The notes beneath the pieces were generated by a model. That model made no database searches. It was not told the DNA's origin and saw only the letters and a program-made list of their open reading frames with translations. Of a stretch of DNA of 64,000 bases, positions 29,988 to 41,034 are shown piece by piece (position 1 is the first letter of the stretch; each line of letters opens with the position of its first letter). The stretch spans positions 200,170 through 264,169 of the forward strand of contig NZ_KB892864.1 of the NCBI RefSeq assembly GCF_000373965.1, written 5' to 3'. The DNA is from Uliginosibacterium gangwonense DSM 18521 (GTDB taxonomy: Bacteria > Pseudomonadota > Gammaproteobacteria > Burkholderiales > Rhodocyclaceae). The translations under genes were made by a program, and so were the position numbers.

Positions 29988-31226
29988 ATGATCAAGAAAA
30001 TATCTGCCTCAGAACTCAAGGTGGGCATGTTCATCCACGAGCTTGATTGCGACTGGCTGACCCACCCGTTCTTGAAAAACCAATTCAAGCTCAGCACTGA
30101 CAAACAGATCCAGAAGATCCTCGACACGGGCATCCACTATGTCTATATCGACACAGATCGTGGCCTGGACGTGCCAGACGCCCCGACTGAAGAGGAAGTA
30201 CGCGAAACGCTCCAGAAAGAGATCATAGAGATTGCCACGGCGCCTGCGCCTGGGATCATCCGTGTTTCCCACGAAGAAGAGATGCAGCGTGCGCGCGCCA
30301 TCAAGGGCCGTGCCCAGCAACTGGTGCGCAACGTGATGGCCGATGCGCGCCTGGGCCGTGCGGTAGAGATGGAACAAATCGACGGCATGGTGGAGAGCAT
30401 CACCGAATCCATTCTGCGCAACAGCGGCGCCATCGTCGGGCTGCTCACGATCAAGAACAAGGACGATTACACCTTCCTGCACTGTGTGAGCGTTTGCGCC
30501 CTGCTAGTGGCATTCTGCCGCACCCTGAACCTGGATTCGGAAACCACCCGGCTGGCTGGGACCGGCGGGCTGCTGCATGACACCGGCAAAGCGCTGGTGC
30601 CTGATGAGGTGCTCAACAAACCCGGCAAGCTCACCGATGAAGAGTTTGAGATCATCAAGCGCCACCCGCGCGATGGCTACGAGATTCTGCTTAAATCGCC
30701 GGAGATCGGCCCTATCCCGCTGGATATCACGCTGCACCACCATGAACGCATGGATGGCAACGGCTACCCGGACAAACTGAAGCCCGAACAGATTCCGCAA
30801 CTGGTGCGCATGTCTTCCATTGTTGATGTATACGATGCCATCACGGCAGATCGCTGCTACCACCGTGGCATCCCGGCAACGGATGCCTTACGCAAACTGC
30901 ATGAATGGAGTTCCTTCCACTTTGATCCGGTGCTGGTGCAGGCATTCATCCGCTGCGTGGGGATTTACCCGGTCGGCTCGCTGGTACGGCTGGAGTCAGG
31001 GCGGCTGGCGGTGGTGATTGAGCAAAACGACACGAGTCTGTTGCAGCCCCGCGTCAAGATCGTCTTCAACACCAAGACAAAGAACCCCGTGGAGCCCTAC
31101 GATCTAGACCTCTCCCGCCCCATGGGCAGCGGCGGTGCAGACCGGATCATTGCACACGAAGACCCGGCCAAGCATGGCCGAGACACCCAGCGCTTTATCC
31201 AATACATCCAGGCATCCGTGATGTAG
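29988..31226 (+). CDS. HD-GYP domain c-di-GMP phosphodiesterase (DUF3391 N-terminal domain + HD-GYP)
   Basis: The HD motif (LLHDTGK) and HHERMDGNGYP are present. The real start is the ATG at 29988 (MIKKISASELKVGMFIHE). The ORF track's extension back to 29877 runs into the repeat element. Confidence 0.85.
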   Translation: MIKKISASELKVGMFIHELDCDWLTHPFLKNQFKLSTDKQIQKILDTGIHYVYIDTDRGLDVPDAPTEEEVRETLQKEIIEIATAPAPGIIRVSHEEEMQRARAIKGRAQQLVRNVMADARLGRAVEMEQIDGMVESITESILRNSGAIVGLLTIKNKDDYTFLHCVSVCALLVAFCRTLNLDSETTRLAGTGGLLHDTGKALVPDEVLNKPGKLTDEEFEIIKRHPRDGYEILLKSPEIGPIPLDITLHHHERMDGNGYPDKLKPEQIPQLVRMSSIVDVYDAITADRCYHRGIPATDALRKLHEWSSFHFDPVLVQAFIRCVGIYPVGSLVRLESGRLAVVIEQNDTSLLQPRVKIVFNTKTKNPVEPYDLDLSRPMGSGGADRIIAHEDPAKHGRDTQRFIQYIQASVM

Positions 31227-31249
31227 ACACCGGTAGGGCCAGAGACAAA

Positions 31250-31684
31250 CTACTTGGCTGGGGCCGACTGATTCGGCTCAAAAGCCAGCGCATCACCCTT
31301 TTGCTTGAAACGGCCGAGCAAGACCCCAGGCATGGGGTTGGGTGCCTGATCAAATTTTTGCACCTGGCATTGCTCCGTACCCAATGCGTACCAGGTATTC
31401 CCCTGGTGTGCGGCATACAGCATAGGGCGGACTTCGTAGAGTTCCAAATCCGCCATGGGCTTTGTACCCAGATCAAGATCATAACGACGCTGGCATTCCG
31501 GAAAGCGGGCCACGACGATGCGCTGTTCCACCTCCCCACTCCAGAACCAACGCTGCTCGCGCAGGAAGGAGATGGAGTGGTTCTTGTCACCACCGACCAT
31601 GTAGGAAGCGGCCTGATTTTCACACCCGGCAAGGCAGCTCAGGCTCAACGCAGCAAGGATCAGCCAGGATCTGTTTGTCATCAC
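31250..31684 (-). CDS. hypothetical lipoprotein
   Basis: 144 aa with a signal peptide and lipobox (LSCLAGC). No family recognised. Confidence 0.5.
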   Translation of the reverse strand: MMTNRSWLILAALSLSCLAGCENQAASYMVGGDKNHSISFLREQRWFWSGEVEQRIVVARFPECQRRYDLDLGTKPMADLELYEVRPMLYAAHQGNTWYALGTEQCQVQKFDQAPNPMPGVLLGRFKQKGDALAFEPNQSAPAK

Positions 31685-31713
31685 GCCCTACCTTTTCGTT
31701 ATTGTTGATGCCT

Positions 31714-32754
31714 TCAGGATAAGCGCCAATTGATCTTTTCTCCAGCCCGCAATGGCACAAGCGGATCACCGGGGAGGTAATCCTGGGTCGCTGGCACCGT
31801 CCATGCCTCACGACGCAGGGTAATGCGCTCAGCATTGGGGGGTACGCCATACCAGGCGGGGCCATTCAGGCTGGCAAAGGCTTCGAGCTGATCAAGCGCT
31901 CCCGCCTGCTCAAAGGCTTCCGCATACAGCTCAATCGCAGCATGGGCGGTGTAGCACCCGGCGCAGCCACAGGCGGCCTCCTTGGTGCTTTTGGCATGGG
32001 GCGCGGAATCGGTGCCGAGGAAGAAACGGGGATTGCTGGAAACAGCAGCCGCCACCAACGCCTGACGATGGGTTTCCCGCTTGAGCACCGGCAGACAGTA
32101 GTGGTGGGGCCGTATGCCGCCCACAAACAGCGCGTTGCGGTTGAGCAACAGGTGGTGAGCAGTGATCGTAGCCGCGATGCTATGCCCGCCCTGGCTTACG
32201 AATCGCGCCGCCTCCGCCGTTGTAATGTGTTCGAAGACCGCACGTAGATGCGGGAATTGCGTTGCGAGCGGCGCAAGTACGCGGTCAATAAAAGCAGACT
32301 CGCGATCGAACATGTCAACATCAGCATGGGTCACCTCGCCATGAACACAAAGCACCAAACCAAGCGCCTGCATGCGCTCCAAAACCGGATAGACCTTTTC
32401 AATTGCAGTCACCCCGGCATCCGAATTCGTCGTCGCCCCTGCGGGATAGAGTTTGACGGCGTGGACAACCCCACTTTCCTTGGCGCGGTCGATTTCGTCA
32501 ACAGGGGTGTTGTCTGTCAGATACAACGTCATCAGGGGCGCAAACTTGAGACCTTCGGGCAGCGCCGCCAGAATCCGCTCACGGTAGGCCAAAGCCTGTG
32601 AAACCGTTGTGACAGGCGGGCGCAGATTGGGCATGATCAACGCGCGGCCAAATTGGCGCGCCGCATCCGCGACAGTTGTTTGCAAAGCTTGGCCATCGCG
32701 CAGGTGCAGGTGCCAATCGTCAGGGCGGATCAGGCTCAGGGTCTGGATGCTCAT
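31714..32754 (-). CDS. pyrC: dihydroorotase (E. coli-type, class II)
   Basis: 346 aa. The N-terminus is [12 protein letters not shown], and [11 protein letters not shown] and other PyrC motifs are present. Confidence 0.9.
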   Translation of the reverse strand: MSIQTLSLIRPDDWHLHLRDGQALQTTVADAARQFGRALIMPNLRPPVTTVSQALAYRERILAALPEGLKFAPLMTLYLTDNTPVDEIDRAKESGVVHAVKLYPAGATTNSDAGVTAIEKVYPVLERMQALGLVLCVHGEVTHADVDMFDRESAFIDRVLAPLATQFPHLRAVFEHITTAEAARFVSQGGHSIAATITAHHLLLNRNALFVGGIRPHHYCLPVLKRETHRQALVAAAVSSNPRFFLGTDSAPHAKSTKEAACGCAGCYTAHAAIELYAEAFEQAGALDQLEAFASLNGPAWYGVPPNAERITLRREAWTVPATQDYLPGDPLVPLRAGEKINWRLS

Positions 32755-32767
32755 GTCACATAATCTT

Positions 32768-33634
32768 TCAGTTGCGGGTTGCTTTCAGTTCCAATGCGAG
32801 ATCATACAGCGGGTTGCGCGCTGTGCCGCTGATCTCGGCGGCCAGCTTGGCAGCGGACTTCACCGGCAGCCCCTCGGCCAGCAACAGTTCCAGCACATGC
32901 CGAGCTTGGGCGGGAACCCCTTCGGCCACCGGCGCAGGCGCCAGGAGCAGCACGAATTCGCCGCGCTGGCGGTTGGCATCCGCCTTGATCCAATCCAGCG
33001 CTTGCGCAAGAGGCATGCGCTCAATCTGCTCAAAGAGTTTGGTCAGTTCGCGGCAGAACACAATCTCACGTTCCGGCTCCAGCGTTGCAGCCATATCTTC
33101 CACGCACTCCAGCACCCGATGCGGGGCTTCGTAGAAGATCAAGGTGGCCTCATCACTGCGCAAAGCCTCCAGGGCAGCACGTCGCGCCGTCGGCTTGGTC
33201 GGCAAAAAACCCACGAAACGGAACTGCCCGACGCCCAACCCGGATACTGACAAGGCCGCCACGGCAGCGCAAGGCCCCGGCACCGGCACCACGGGGAAAC
33301 CTGCCGCCTGGACACGCGCCACCAACCGGGCGCCGGGGTCAGAGACTGCCGGGGTGCCTGCATCGGTGATCAAGGCGACATGCTGCCCGGCCTCAAGCAG
33401 CGCAATGATGCGGGTAGCACCTTCCTGCTCGTTATGCTCATGCACCGGCAGCATGCGCGGGCTGAGCCCATGCGCCGCCAGCAGGCGCTGGGAGTGGCGC
33501 GTATCTTCGGCAGCGACCACATCGACGACACGCAGGATTTCCAGCGCACGCAAGGTAATGTCATGCAGATTCCCCAATGGGGTGGCAACCACATACAATG
33601 CGGCGGAAGCGTGGAGCGGATTGAGGTCAGACAT
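32768..33634 (-). CDS. rsmI: 16S rRNA (cytidine1402-2'-O)-methyltransferase RsmI
   Basis: Tetrapyrrole-methylase-fold protein. The true start is ATG 33634 ([30 protein letters not shown]), not the long ORF start at 33925. It is divergent from yraN, as in many proteobacteria. Confidence 0.85.
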   Translation of the reverse strand: MSDLNPLHASAALYVVATPLGNLHDITLRALEILRVVDVVAAEDTRHSQRLLAAHGLSPRMLPVHEHNEQEGATRIIALLEAGQHVALITDAGTPAVSDPGARLVARVQAAGFPVVPVPGPCAAVAALSVSGLGVGQFRFVGFLPTKPTARRAALEALRSDEATLIFYEAPHRVLECVEDMAATLEPEREIVFCRELTKLFEQIERMPLAQALDWIKADANRQRGEFVLLLAPAPVAEGVPAQARHVLELLLAEGLPVKSAAKLAAEISGTARNPLYDLALELKATRN

Positions 33635-34064
33635 GGATGCGTTCAAACAGTGGCTAGGCAAGACTTGGGATTGTCTGCTGCGTAGGCCCACAGAGCAAGC
33701 GCTACCGGTATCCGATGGCCAGTTGGCCGAACGCCTTGCAGAAAAATTCCTGCGCCAAAAGGGGCTCACGATCCTTGCCCGCAATGTGCGCTGCAAAGGT
33801 GGCGAGATTGATTTGATCGCGCTGGAGGGCACAACGCTTGTGTTCGTAGAAGTCAGACTTCGCCAAAATGCTGATTTTGGCGGCGCTGCCGCCAGCATCA
33901 CCCGGCCCAAGCAGAAACGCATCATACTGGCCGCCCGCCATTGGCTGCATGGTGAGGGCCGCCGCTATGCCCGCCACCCGTGCCGCTTCGATGCCTTGCT
34001 GCTCAACGACCTCACAGGCTCAGGCTGCAAATGGATTCGCGCCGCCTTCATGGAAGCGCACTGA
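33633..34064 (+). CDS. yraN: YraN family (UPF0102) predicted endonuclease
   Basis: 143 aa ([16 protein letters not shown]...GGEIDLIALEGTTLVFVEVRLR). The start lies within the long 33144 ORF at the ATG that diverges from rsmI. Confidence 0.75.
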   Translation: MDAFKQWLGKTWDCLLRRPTEQALPVSDGQLAERLAEKFLRQKGLTILARNVRCKGGEIDLIALEGTTLVFVEVRLRQNADFGGAAASITRPKQKRIILAARHWLHGEGRRYARHPCRFDALLLNDLTGSGCKWIRAAFMEAH

Positions 34065-34459
34065 TGCAACGGCTTCAAATGTATGGGCTGCTGGCTTGGC
34101 TGGCGCTGACCACTCCAGACGTGTGCATCGCGCAAAGCATGGTTGTGCAGCGTACCCCGCTGGCAGGCTTCACCCACCATGCGGCCCAAACGGTATGGGA
34201 TCAGTTGCGTGAAGGAGACGCCTTGCAACTGGTGCTTGAAACAAGCAACCCCTATGATGCGCAAGCCGTGCGCGTAGATTGGCACAAGCAGACACTGGGC
34301 TATCTGCCCCGCACCCGCAATGGTGCCATTGCCCGTGCCCTAGATGCCAAACAGCCTCTGTCTGCGCGGATCGGGCACCTGCGCGACGCCCCCGACCCCA
34401 GGCGCAGGGTGGAGATCGAGATCCTTGCTCCACTGGCTGCAAGCGCCGGAAAAGATTGA
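34064..34459 (+). CDS. HIRAN domain-containing protein (with predicted N-terminal signal-like segment)
   Basis: GDALQLVLETSNPYDAQAVRV...LGYLPRTRNGAIARALDAKQ matches the HIRAN signature (NPYD ... GY-x-PR). The start is taken at ATG 34064, which overlaps the yraN stop. An alternative start at MVVQRTPLAGF would give a cytoplasmic 106-aa protein. Confidence 0.55.
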   Translation: MQRLQMYGLLAWLALTTPDVCIAQSMVVQRTPLAGFTHHAAQTVWDQLREGDALQLVLETSNPYDAQAVRVDWHKQTLGYLPRTRNGAIARALDAKQPLSARIGHLRDAPDPRRRVEIEILAPLAASAGKD

Positions 34460-34690
34460 GAAATTCTATCCAAACGAAGGCTTGGGATGCCTTGTGCAAG
34501 AAGCAGTTTGTTTTTTTTCAGACAGCGGTTAAACTCTAGGAATCAGGTTTGGTGGCCTGACCAATTTTAGCCACTTCCCTGGCGTCGTTATTGCAACAGG
34601 ACAGCCTGCGGGAAAAGCCGAAGAATGAGCACCTGAGCACACTGCCCCAAGCCAGGGCAGGCATTGATATAAAACTGGAGAACAACTGCA

Positions 34691-35452
34691 ATGAGCAATC
34701 CTTTCGATCTGACCGGCAAGGTCGCCCTCATCACCGGCGCTGCCCAAGGCATTGGCGCTGCAATCGCCATCAAGATGGCTGAAGCTGGTGCCACCATCGT
34801 TGTGGCCGACTTCGGTGCCATGCTGCCCGAAACCGTCGCAGGTCTGGAAGCCACAGGCCGCAAGTACTACTACGTTCAAGCCAACCTGACCGAGCCAGGC
34901 GCGCCGCAACGCGTGCTGGATGAAGCCATCGCGGCTGCCGGTCAAGTCGACATCCTGGCCAACGTTGCCGGCACCATCCGCCGCGCTCCGTTCATTGAGC
35001 ACACCGAAGCTGACTTTGATCTCGTGATGAAGATCAACCTGTACGCACCGGTCTACCTGTCCCAAGCCTTCTGCCGCCACGTGCTGGCTCGCAAAGCCAA
35101 GGGCAAGATCATCAACATCTGCTCCATGCTGTCTTACCAAGGCGGCATCCTGGTGCCGGGCTACACCGCTTCCAAGCACGGTATTGCCGGTATCACCAAG
35201 CTGATCGCCAACGAACTGGCTTCCCAAGGCATCAACTGTAACGGTATTGCCCCAGGGTACATCGCCACTGCCAACACCGCACCGATCCGCGCCGACGAAG
35301 CCCGCAACAAGGCCATCGTTGACCGCATCCCCGCCAGCCGTTGGGGCCAGCCGGAAGATCTGGCAGGCACCGCTGTGTTCCTGGCTTCCGCCGCTTCGGA
35401 CTACCTGAACGGCACCATCATCAATGTGGATGGTGGCTGGCAAGCCCGCTAA
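34691..35452 (+). CDS. SDR-family oxidoreductase (KduD / 2-deoxy-D-gluconate 3-dehydrogenase-like)
   Basis: 253 aa with the Rossmann motif TGAAQGIG, NVAG, and the catalytic YTASKHG (YxxxK). Confidence 0.85.
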   Translation: MSNPFDLTGKVALITGAAQGIGAAIAIKMAEAGATIVVADFGAMLPETVAGLEATGRKYYYVQANLTEPGAPQRVLDEAIAAAGQVDILANVAGTIRRAPFIEHTEADFDLVMKINLYAPVYLSQAFCRHVLARKAKGKIINICSMLSYQGGILVPGYTASKHGIAGITKLIANELASQGINCNGIAPGYIATANTAPIRADEARNKAIVDRIPASRWGQPEDLAGTAVFLASAASDYLNGTIINVDGGWQAR

Positions 35453-35504
35453 GAACCTGTTGTGAGGGCATGCCTCGCGCATGTCCTCATCCTGTTCTGA
35501 CCAG

Positions 35505-35540
35505 AAAACCCCCTCCGATCACCCGGAGGGGGTTTTCTTT
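35505..35540 (+). terminator. rho-independent terminator after the SDR gene
   Basis: aaaaCCCCCTCCGatcacCCGGAGGGGGttttcttt: a GC stem followed by a T-run. Confidence 0.6.
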
Positions 35541-35648
35541 TAACGGCCTGGGCAATCCGCCCCACCGCTTTGCAACAAGATCACAGACGGGTTCTCGGCT
35601 ACAATCACGCCCTCAAGCTTGCAGTTTTGCAGTTCTATCGAGGCAGAC

Positions 35649-36605
35649 ATGACTTTCAAGGTATTCATCGATGGCCGGCACGGTACTACCGGTCTGAAGA
35701 TTGACGAGCGGCTGGCTGGCCGCCAGGACATCGAAATCCTCACCATTCCTGAGGATAAGCGTAAGGACACAGCCGTCAAGGCCGAGTTCATCAACGCAGC
35801 CGACGTGGTTTTCCTGTGTCTGCCCGATGCTGCCTCACGCGAGTCAGTAGCCCTGCTGGCGCCTGATAATACCCGCACGCGCTTCCTGGATGCGAGTACG
35901 GCACACCGGACCCACCCGGACTGGGTCTATGGCCTGCCTGAGCTGCATGGTCAGCGCGGGCGTATCCGCAGCTCGCAACGGGTCGCCGTGCCCGGCTGCC
36001 ATGCCTCCGGCTTCATCCTACTGGTGCAACCACTGGTGGCTGCGGGGCTGATTCCGGCTGATTTTCCGTTCAACACCTATTCGGTGACGGGCTATTCGGG
36101 CGGTGGCAAGGAAATGATTGCCAGCTACGAAACCGACCCGTCTCTGCCCGACAGCATGCTCAGCCCGCGTTTCTACGCACTGGGCCTGGCGCACAAGCAC
36201 CTGCCCGAAATGCAGGCCATCTGCGGCTTGCAGTACAAGCCGCTGTTCACGCCCATCGTCGGCAACTTCGCACAGGGCATGCTGGTGTCCGTACCGCTGC
36301 AATCTCGTGTGCTGCCCGGCAAGCCCACTGCCGCAACCCTGCATGCCAAGCTGGCTGAGTATTACGACAACGAGACCTTTGTGCGCGTCATGCCTTTGGG
36401 CGGCGGCGAGACACTGGATGCAGGCTTTCTGCCCGCCACCACCTGCAATGGCACCAACCGCGCCGAATTGTTCGTGTTTGGCAACGCAGAGCATATCCTG
36501 CTCAGCGCCCGCTTCGACAATCTGGGCAAGGGCGCCTCAGGTGCAGCCATCCAGTGCATGAACATCATGCTGGGTCTTGATGAATCGACCTCTCTGTCGG
36601 CCTGA
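35649..36605 (+). CDS. argC: N-acetyl-gamma-glutamyl-phosphate reductase (ArgC, type 2 / short form)
   Basis: The start is at [15 protein letters not shown]. The catalytic motif PGCHASG is present, and the length is about 318 aa. Confidence 0.85.
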   Translation: MTFKVFIDGRHGTTGLKIDERLAGRQDIEILTIPEDKRKDTAVKAEFINAADVVFLCLPDAASRESVALLAPDNTRTRFLDASTAHRTHPDWVYGLPELHGQRGRIRSSQRVAVPGCHASGFILLVQPLVAAGLIPADFPFNTYSVTGYSGGGKEMIASYETDPSLPDSMLSPRFYALGLAHKHLPEMQAICGLQYKPLFTPIVGNFAQGMLVSVPLQSRVLPGKPTAATLHAKLAEYYDNETFVRVMPLGGGETLDAGFLPATTCNGTNRAELFVFGNAEHILLSARFDNLGKGASGAAIQCMNIMLGLDESTSLSA

Positions 36606-36607
36606 GC

Positions 36608-37201
36608 ATGGACCTGATTGCACGTATCAACCAGCATTTCGAAGACAACATCCAGGCCACCATCAGCGCGGCCGAAATGCTGGCACACCCAATTGCCGCA
36701 GCGACCGAAGAAATGGTCCGCTGCCTGTTGTCCAACGGCAAGATTCTGACATGCGGTAATGGCGGTTCTGCCGCAGACGCGCAAAATCTCGCCGCCAAGT
36801 TGCAAGGAAGATTCGAGCGTGAACGCCCGGAGCTTGCCGCTATTGCGCTGACCACCGACAGTTCGGTACTCAGTGCCATCGCCAACGATTACGCGTGGGA
36901 ACAAGTGTTCGCCAAACAGGTCAGAGCATTGGGGCAACCAGGCGATATCCTGTTGGCGATCTCGGCCAGCGGCAACTCCTCCAGCGTCCTGACGGCTGTT
37001 GAAGCCGCACAGGAGCGGGATTTGCGCATCATCGCCCTGACTGGCAAGGAGGGCGGGCAACTTGCCGCCATGCTCCGCGACGAGGACATCCAGATCTGCG
37101 TGCCGCACGACAGAACAGCACGCATCCAGGAAGTCCACCTTTTGGTTATCCACGGTTTATGCGATGGCATAGACTGTTTGTTGATGGGGGAAGAACCTTG
37201 A
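36608..37201 (+). CDS. SIS-domain protein of the DiaA/GmhA (phosphoheptose isomerase-like) family
   Basis: 197 aa with [10 protein letters not shown]. The yraN...SIS...BON-lipoprotein context suggests a DiaA-like DnaA-associating protein rather than GmhA. I cannot separate the two from sequence alone. Confidence 0.7.
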   Translation: MDLIARINQHFEDNIQATISAAEMLAHPIAAATEEMVRCLLSNGKILTCGNGGSAADAQNLAAKLQGRFERERPELAAIALTTDSSVLSAIANDYAWEQVFAKQVRALGQPGDILLAISASGNSSSVLTAVEAAQERDLRIIALTGKEGGQLAAMLRDEDIQICVPHDRTARIQEVHLLVIHGLCDGIDCLLMGEEP

Positions 37202-37839
37202 AACATAGTCGTTTATACACACTGCTTGCCATAATCAGCTTGTGCACCACCCTGCCCGCCTGCGTACCCCTGGTTGCAGCCGGGGTGGGCGCAACCGGCG
37301 TGGCCTCGACGCTGGATCGCCGCTCCTACGGCGTCCAGATCCAGGATTCCGAAATTGAGCGCCGCTTCAATCACAACTTCCCGGTGGCCCTGGAAGAAAA
37401 CACCCAGGTTTCCGCCAACGCGTTCAACCGCTGGATACTGCTGACGGGTCGGGCCAACAATGAAAAAGCCAAGGCCGACGTTGAACAACTGGCCCGTAAC
37501 GTGCCCAACATCCGAGAAGTGTTCAACGAAATCGCCATCGGCTATCCGCTGCCTTTCGGCGTTCGCACCAGCGACAGATGGGTCGTCACCCAGGTCAAGG
37601 CCCGCTTGGTCGACAGCAAGGAAATCTCGGCCAACCACTTTGACGTGATCTGCTCGAATGGCGTGGTCTACCTGATGGGGATCGTCACCGAGAACGAGGC
37701 CAACATCGCCACTGAAATCGCCCGCACCACCAAGAACGTCGTACGCGTGGTACGTGTGATGGAAGTGGTCAGCCCGGCAGAAATCGCACGCCTGACGGGA
37801 GAAACACCCGCCCCGGTATCGAATGCCAACGGCAAGTAA
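37198..37839 (+). CDS. BON-domain lipoprotein (YraP/OsmY-like)
   Basis: Two BON domains. The start is taken at TTG 37198, which overlaps the upstream stop, giving the lipobox LCTTLPAC. The ORF track's upstream extension lies inside the SIS gene. Confidence 0.65.
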   Translation: MKHSRLYTLLAIISLCTTLPACVPLVAAGVGATGVASTLDRRSYGVQIQDSEIERRFNHNFPVALEENTQVSANAFNRWILLTGRANNEKAKADVEQLARNVPNIREVFNEIAIGYPLPFGVRTSDRWVVTQVKARLVDSKEISANHFDVICSNGVVYLMGIVTENEANIATEIARTTKNVVRVVRVMEVVSPAEIARLTGETPAPVSNANGK

Positions 37840-37898
37840 ACGTAAAAGCCTCCCGGCACCAACGCGTGCGGGGAGGCTTTTTTATTCTTCAATATCTC

Positions 37899-38765
37899 TT
37901 ATGCTGCCTGCAAACTCAGCCGCAACAGGCACCCCTTTTCAGGCATAACAAATACCTCAAGCCGCCCCCCCATCAAGCGCGCCAAGCCTTCGGCATATGC
38001 CAGACCATAGCCCTTGTCGGTGAGCGTATCGCAGTACCCTTCCCCCGGGATAAACACATCCTGCTGCATGGCAAGCTTTGCCTTGCCACCATGACGCAGC
38101 TCGATCCACACCTCATCGCCCCGTCTGCGGCTTCCCAGCAGCACACCGCCCTCGCCCGGAGTCTGTGCCAGAGCATGTTCAAGCATGCTACCCAACGCCA
38201 GCTTCAACAGGCTTGGGTCAGCCTGAACCTGACGACGCGTGGTGGCATGGCGTAAATGCAATTGGCGTTCGTGGGCAAGATCCAGCTTGTCATCCACGGC
38301 TTGCGCCAGGGCGTCTTCCAACACCACTATCTGCGTCTGGCATGCGATGCGGCCAGCTTGCAGTTTGACAATGCCAAAAACAGCCTCCAACATCCCTGAG
38401 AGGGAATGCACCCCAGACTCAATCCCCGCCACCAGCTTGCGATGAGCATCCTGCATCGGATAAGCAGCGAGACTGGCGGCAAAGAGCGAGATGGCTTGCA
38501 CCGGCTGACGCAAATCATGCCCAGCGCCCAAGAGGATATCCCGCTGAGATGTTTGGTCCTCCACCACATCTGAAGCGGGGAGTGCCACATCAGCCTGCTC
38601 GCAGCCGCGACCCTGCCTGCATACGATCCATGCCAAGGCAAGCCCCCCCACCGCGAAGCATGCCCCGCGCATGAGGATATCCTGCAAGATCACCTGCAGG
38701 CCCAAGGCCAGCAGCACCACGCTGAATGCCAGCCGGTAGGGCCGCCTTGCCGTATGCTCCGTCAT
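37899..38765 (-). CDS. sensor histidine kinase (HisKA + HATPase_c)
   Basis: 288 aa with 2 N-terminal TM segments, the H-box LGAGHDLRQP, and ATPase G-boxes (GYGLAYAEG). Confidence 0.8.
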   Translation of the reverse strand: MTEHTARRPYRLAFSVVLLALGLQVILQDILMRGACFAVGGLALAWIVCRQGRGCEQADVALPASDVVEDQTSQRDILLGAGHDLRQPVQAISLFAASLAAYPMQDAHRKLVAGIESGVHSLSGMLEAVFGIVKLQAGRIACQTQIVVLEDALAQAVDDKLDLAHERQLHLRHATTRRQVQADPSLLKLALGSMLEHALAQTPGEGGVLLGSRRRGDEVWIELRHGGKAKLAMQQDVFIPGEGYCDTLTDKGYGLAYAEGLARLMGGRLEVFVMPEKGCLLRLSLQAA

Positions 38766-38770
38766 GACAC

Positions 38771-39424
38771 TTAGCCGTCTTCTGGCGGCATGGTCAGATT
38801 CAGGGTCTGACCAACCAAGATGGCCTGAGACCGGGTGTTTACCCCCAGCACATGGTAGACCGATGTCAGATGCATCTTGACGGTTCGTTCTGAAAGATCA
38901 AGCCGCTGGGCAATCTCCTTGTTGGAGAGCCCTTCCATCAGGCAGCACAGCACGCGCTCCTGCTTCGGGCTGAGTTTGGGGCGTGGCCGGGCCTCGCCAT
39001 GCGGCAAGCCACGGGTGCGCTCCTGCTGATCGTCAAAGAAGCGGCGTCCAGACAAGAGCGTGCGCACACCATCGACCAGGGCCACCGGGTCCATCGACTT
39101 GCCGAGAAAACCGTCGGCATCTGCTTCGCGCGCAAGCTGACGATAGATAGGTGCATCCTGACCAGAAAAGATTGCCACAGGGACATTTGGCGCCTCACGG
39201 CGTAAAAGCGTCATCAGACGCATGCCATCGCTATCCGGCAATTTCAGGTCCAGCAAAACGAGATGAAAAATTCTGCCAGACCGCAGCGCTGATACTGCGT
39301 CTTGCGCCGTTGAGGCGCAATGGATTTCTCCGCCTGCCAGCAGTGGCTCAAGTATGGCCTTCAAAGCATGCTGCAACAAGGAATGATCATCGACCAACAG
39401 GATATTTCGGGCAAACACGTTCAT
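38771..39424 (-). CDS. response regulator, NarL/FixJ family (REC + LuxR-type HTH)
   Basis: 217 aa. Has LLVDDH, the phospho-acceptor region LVLLDLKLPDSDG, and a C-terminal LuxR-type HTH (LSPKQERVLCCLMEGLSNKEIAQRLDLSERTVKMH). Confidence 0.85.
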   Translation of the reverse strand: MNVFARNILLVDDHSLLQHALKAILEPLLAGGEIHCASTAQDAVSALRSGRIFHLVLLDLKLPDSDGMRLMTLLRREAPNVPVAIFSGQDAPIYRQLAREADADGFLGKSMDPVALVDGVRTLLSGRRFFDDQQERTRGLPHGEARPRPKLSPKQERVLCCLMEGLSNKEIAQRLDLSERTVKMHLTSVYHVLGVNTRSQAILVGQTLNLTMPPEDG

Positions 39425-40007
39425 GGTTGCGCGCCTTCCACAGACACCCCTCAGTGGGTGGGACGAGAAGAAGATTAACCCAATTTTTTGCTGTAAGGAT
39501 GCGTCAAATCACCAACTCGTTATTTATGCCAATCCTGACCGCCCCTGCCGCGCCAAAGCACTGGATGCAAATGATCATGTCTGCCCTTCAAACATGCACA
39601 CGCCCGGTGCAACCGGATGGACGAATGAGCTGACATTATGCACTTCGGCAAAATAATCAAAAGGCATAACATGAACTCAATTGACAATGAAAAAGCCGCT
39701 CAAGAAGAGGGCGTGCGCCTTTTAACGCCAATGTGATATATCAGCCCCTACGCCAAGAAACGAATACCATATGCATGAAATTTCATTCAGGAATTGGATG
39801 TTTCTTGCGCCCACCCGCGATCAGGGGCAAGCAACAAGGCAAGACAGGCAGCACGCCCCCGACTAAAGGGCAAGCGGTTTGGCAGGCAGAAGCAGTCTGC
39901 CGCTTCTAGCAAGCGGCAGGGAATCAGGCATTTTGGTAAACCCTGGGGTACCCAAGCAGATCAGCCATGACGGCCCATCATCGGTATGGCCGGGTCACTC
40001 CAGGTTC

Positions 40008-40811
40008 TCAAAGAACGTTCTCACCCTCAATCAGGGCATAGGCAGAGTGGTTATGAATGGATTCAAAGTTCTCGGACTCCACCACATAGCGTGCCACCCG
40101 ACTATCCGCCTTCAAGCGCAGCGCCACATCGCGGACAATATCTTCAACGAACTTGGGGTTGTCATAGGCACGCTCGGTCACCCATTTTTCGTCGGGACGC
40201 TTGAGGAGGCCGAACACCTCGCAAGAAGCCTCTTCCTCCGCATAACGCACCAGTTCCTCAATCAGCACGTCTTCGCGCAGAGTCGCCGTGATGGTGATGT
40301 GGGAGCGCTGGTTATGTGCACCATATAGAGAGATCTTCTTGGAGCACGGGCACAGGCTGGTCACAGGCACCACCACCTTGAGCGTTGCTTCAACCGCTGC
40401 CCCTGCCAGCTTTTCCACCAGCAGTTCCACATCAATATCCAGCAGGCTGGCCACACCCGAGACAGGAGCATGCTTCTTGATGAAATAGGGGAATTTCACC
40501 TCAATCCGCCCAGCCTCGGCTTCCAGCCGAGCCAGCATCTGGGTGAGCATCTGGCGCATTCCGCCCAGATCCAACGCCTCGCGGTCCTGCTCCAGCACCT
40601 CGACAAAACGCGACATATGCGTACCCTTGACCTCGGCAGGCAGGGCAACATACATGGCCAGCGTGGCCACGGAGGCATGAACTTCACCTTCAGCGGTACG
40701 GATATTGAGCGGGTAGCGCAGCCCTTTGACGCCCACACGCTGGATGGCAAGCTGTCGTAGGTCTGCCGAAGACTGGACGTCCGGCAGGTGAAGCTTTTCA
40801 GGAGCATTCAT
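40008..40811 (-). CDS. folE2: GTP cyclohydrolase FolE2 (GTP cyclohydrolase I type 2)
   Basis: 267 aa. Matches the FolE2/MptA family pattern ([21 protein letters not shown]). Confidence 0.85.
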   Translation of the reverse strand: MNAPEKLHLPDVQSSADLRQLAIQRVGVKGLRYPLNIRTAEGEVHASVATLAMYVALPAEVKGTHMSRFVEVLEQDREALDLGGMRQMLTQMLARLEAEAGRIEVKFPYFIKKHAPVSGVASLLDIDVELLVEKLAGAAVEATLKVVVPVTSLCPCSKKISLYGAHNQRSHITITATLREDVLIEELVRYAEEEASCEVFGLLKRPDEKWVTERAYDNPKFVEDIVRDVALRLKADSRVARYVVESENFESIHNHSAYALIEGENVL

Positions 40812-41034
40812 TATTTTTTCTCCAGATATATCAAGGGGGGAGGGACAGGCCTTGAAGAGTAGTCAGGTGCTAACATAGCCCCGCATTTGATATAGGTCAA
40901 CAAATCAAGCCAACAGTCTCAGGCTATCACCCCTACTGCACGCATAGGCAGCTCGGCACCATAACCACTGATCGCAAGCACTTCGCCATGCAGGTTAATA
41001 TAGAGACCTGTTTTGAATCTGACTGGTTTCCGGC

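Noticed and set aside
34485-34521. Possible terminator after the HIRAN gene (weak hairpin plus a TTTGTTTTTTTT run)
   Set aside because: The stem is only ~5 bp and is not adjacent to the T-run. I left it unannotated.
39425-40007. ~580-bp non-coding gap containing the 77-aa ORF 39423-39656 and a 9-bp-stem hairpin (ctgccgctt ctagc aagcggcag, ~39895-39917)
   Set aside because: The ORF is Cys/Pro-rich junk in an AT-richer spacer. The hairpin lacks a T-run on either strand, so it is not a convincing terminator. I looked for a Zur-box-like palindrome upstream of folE2 and found none.
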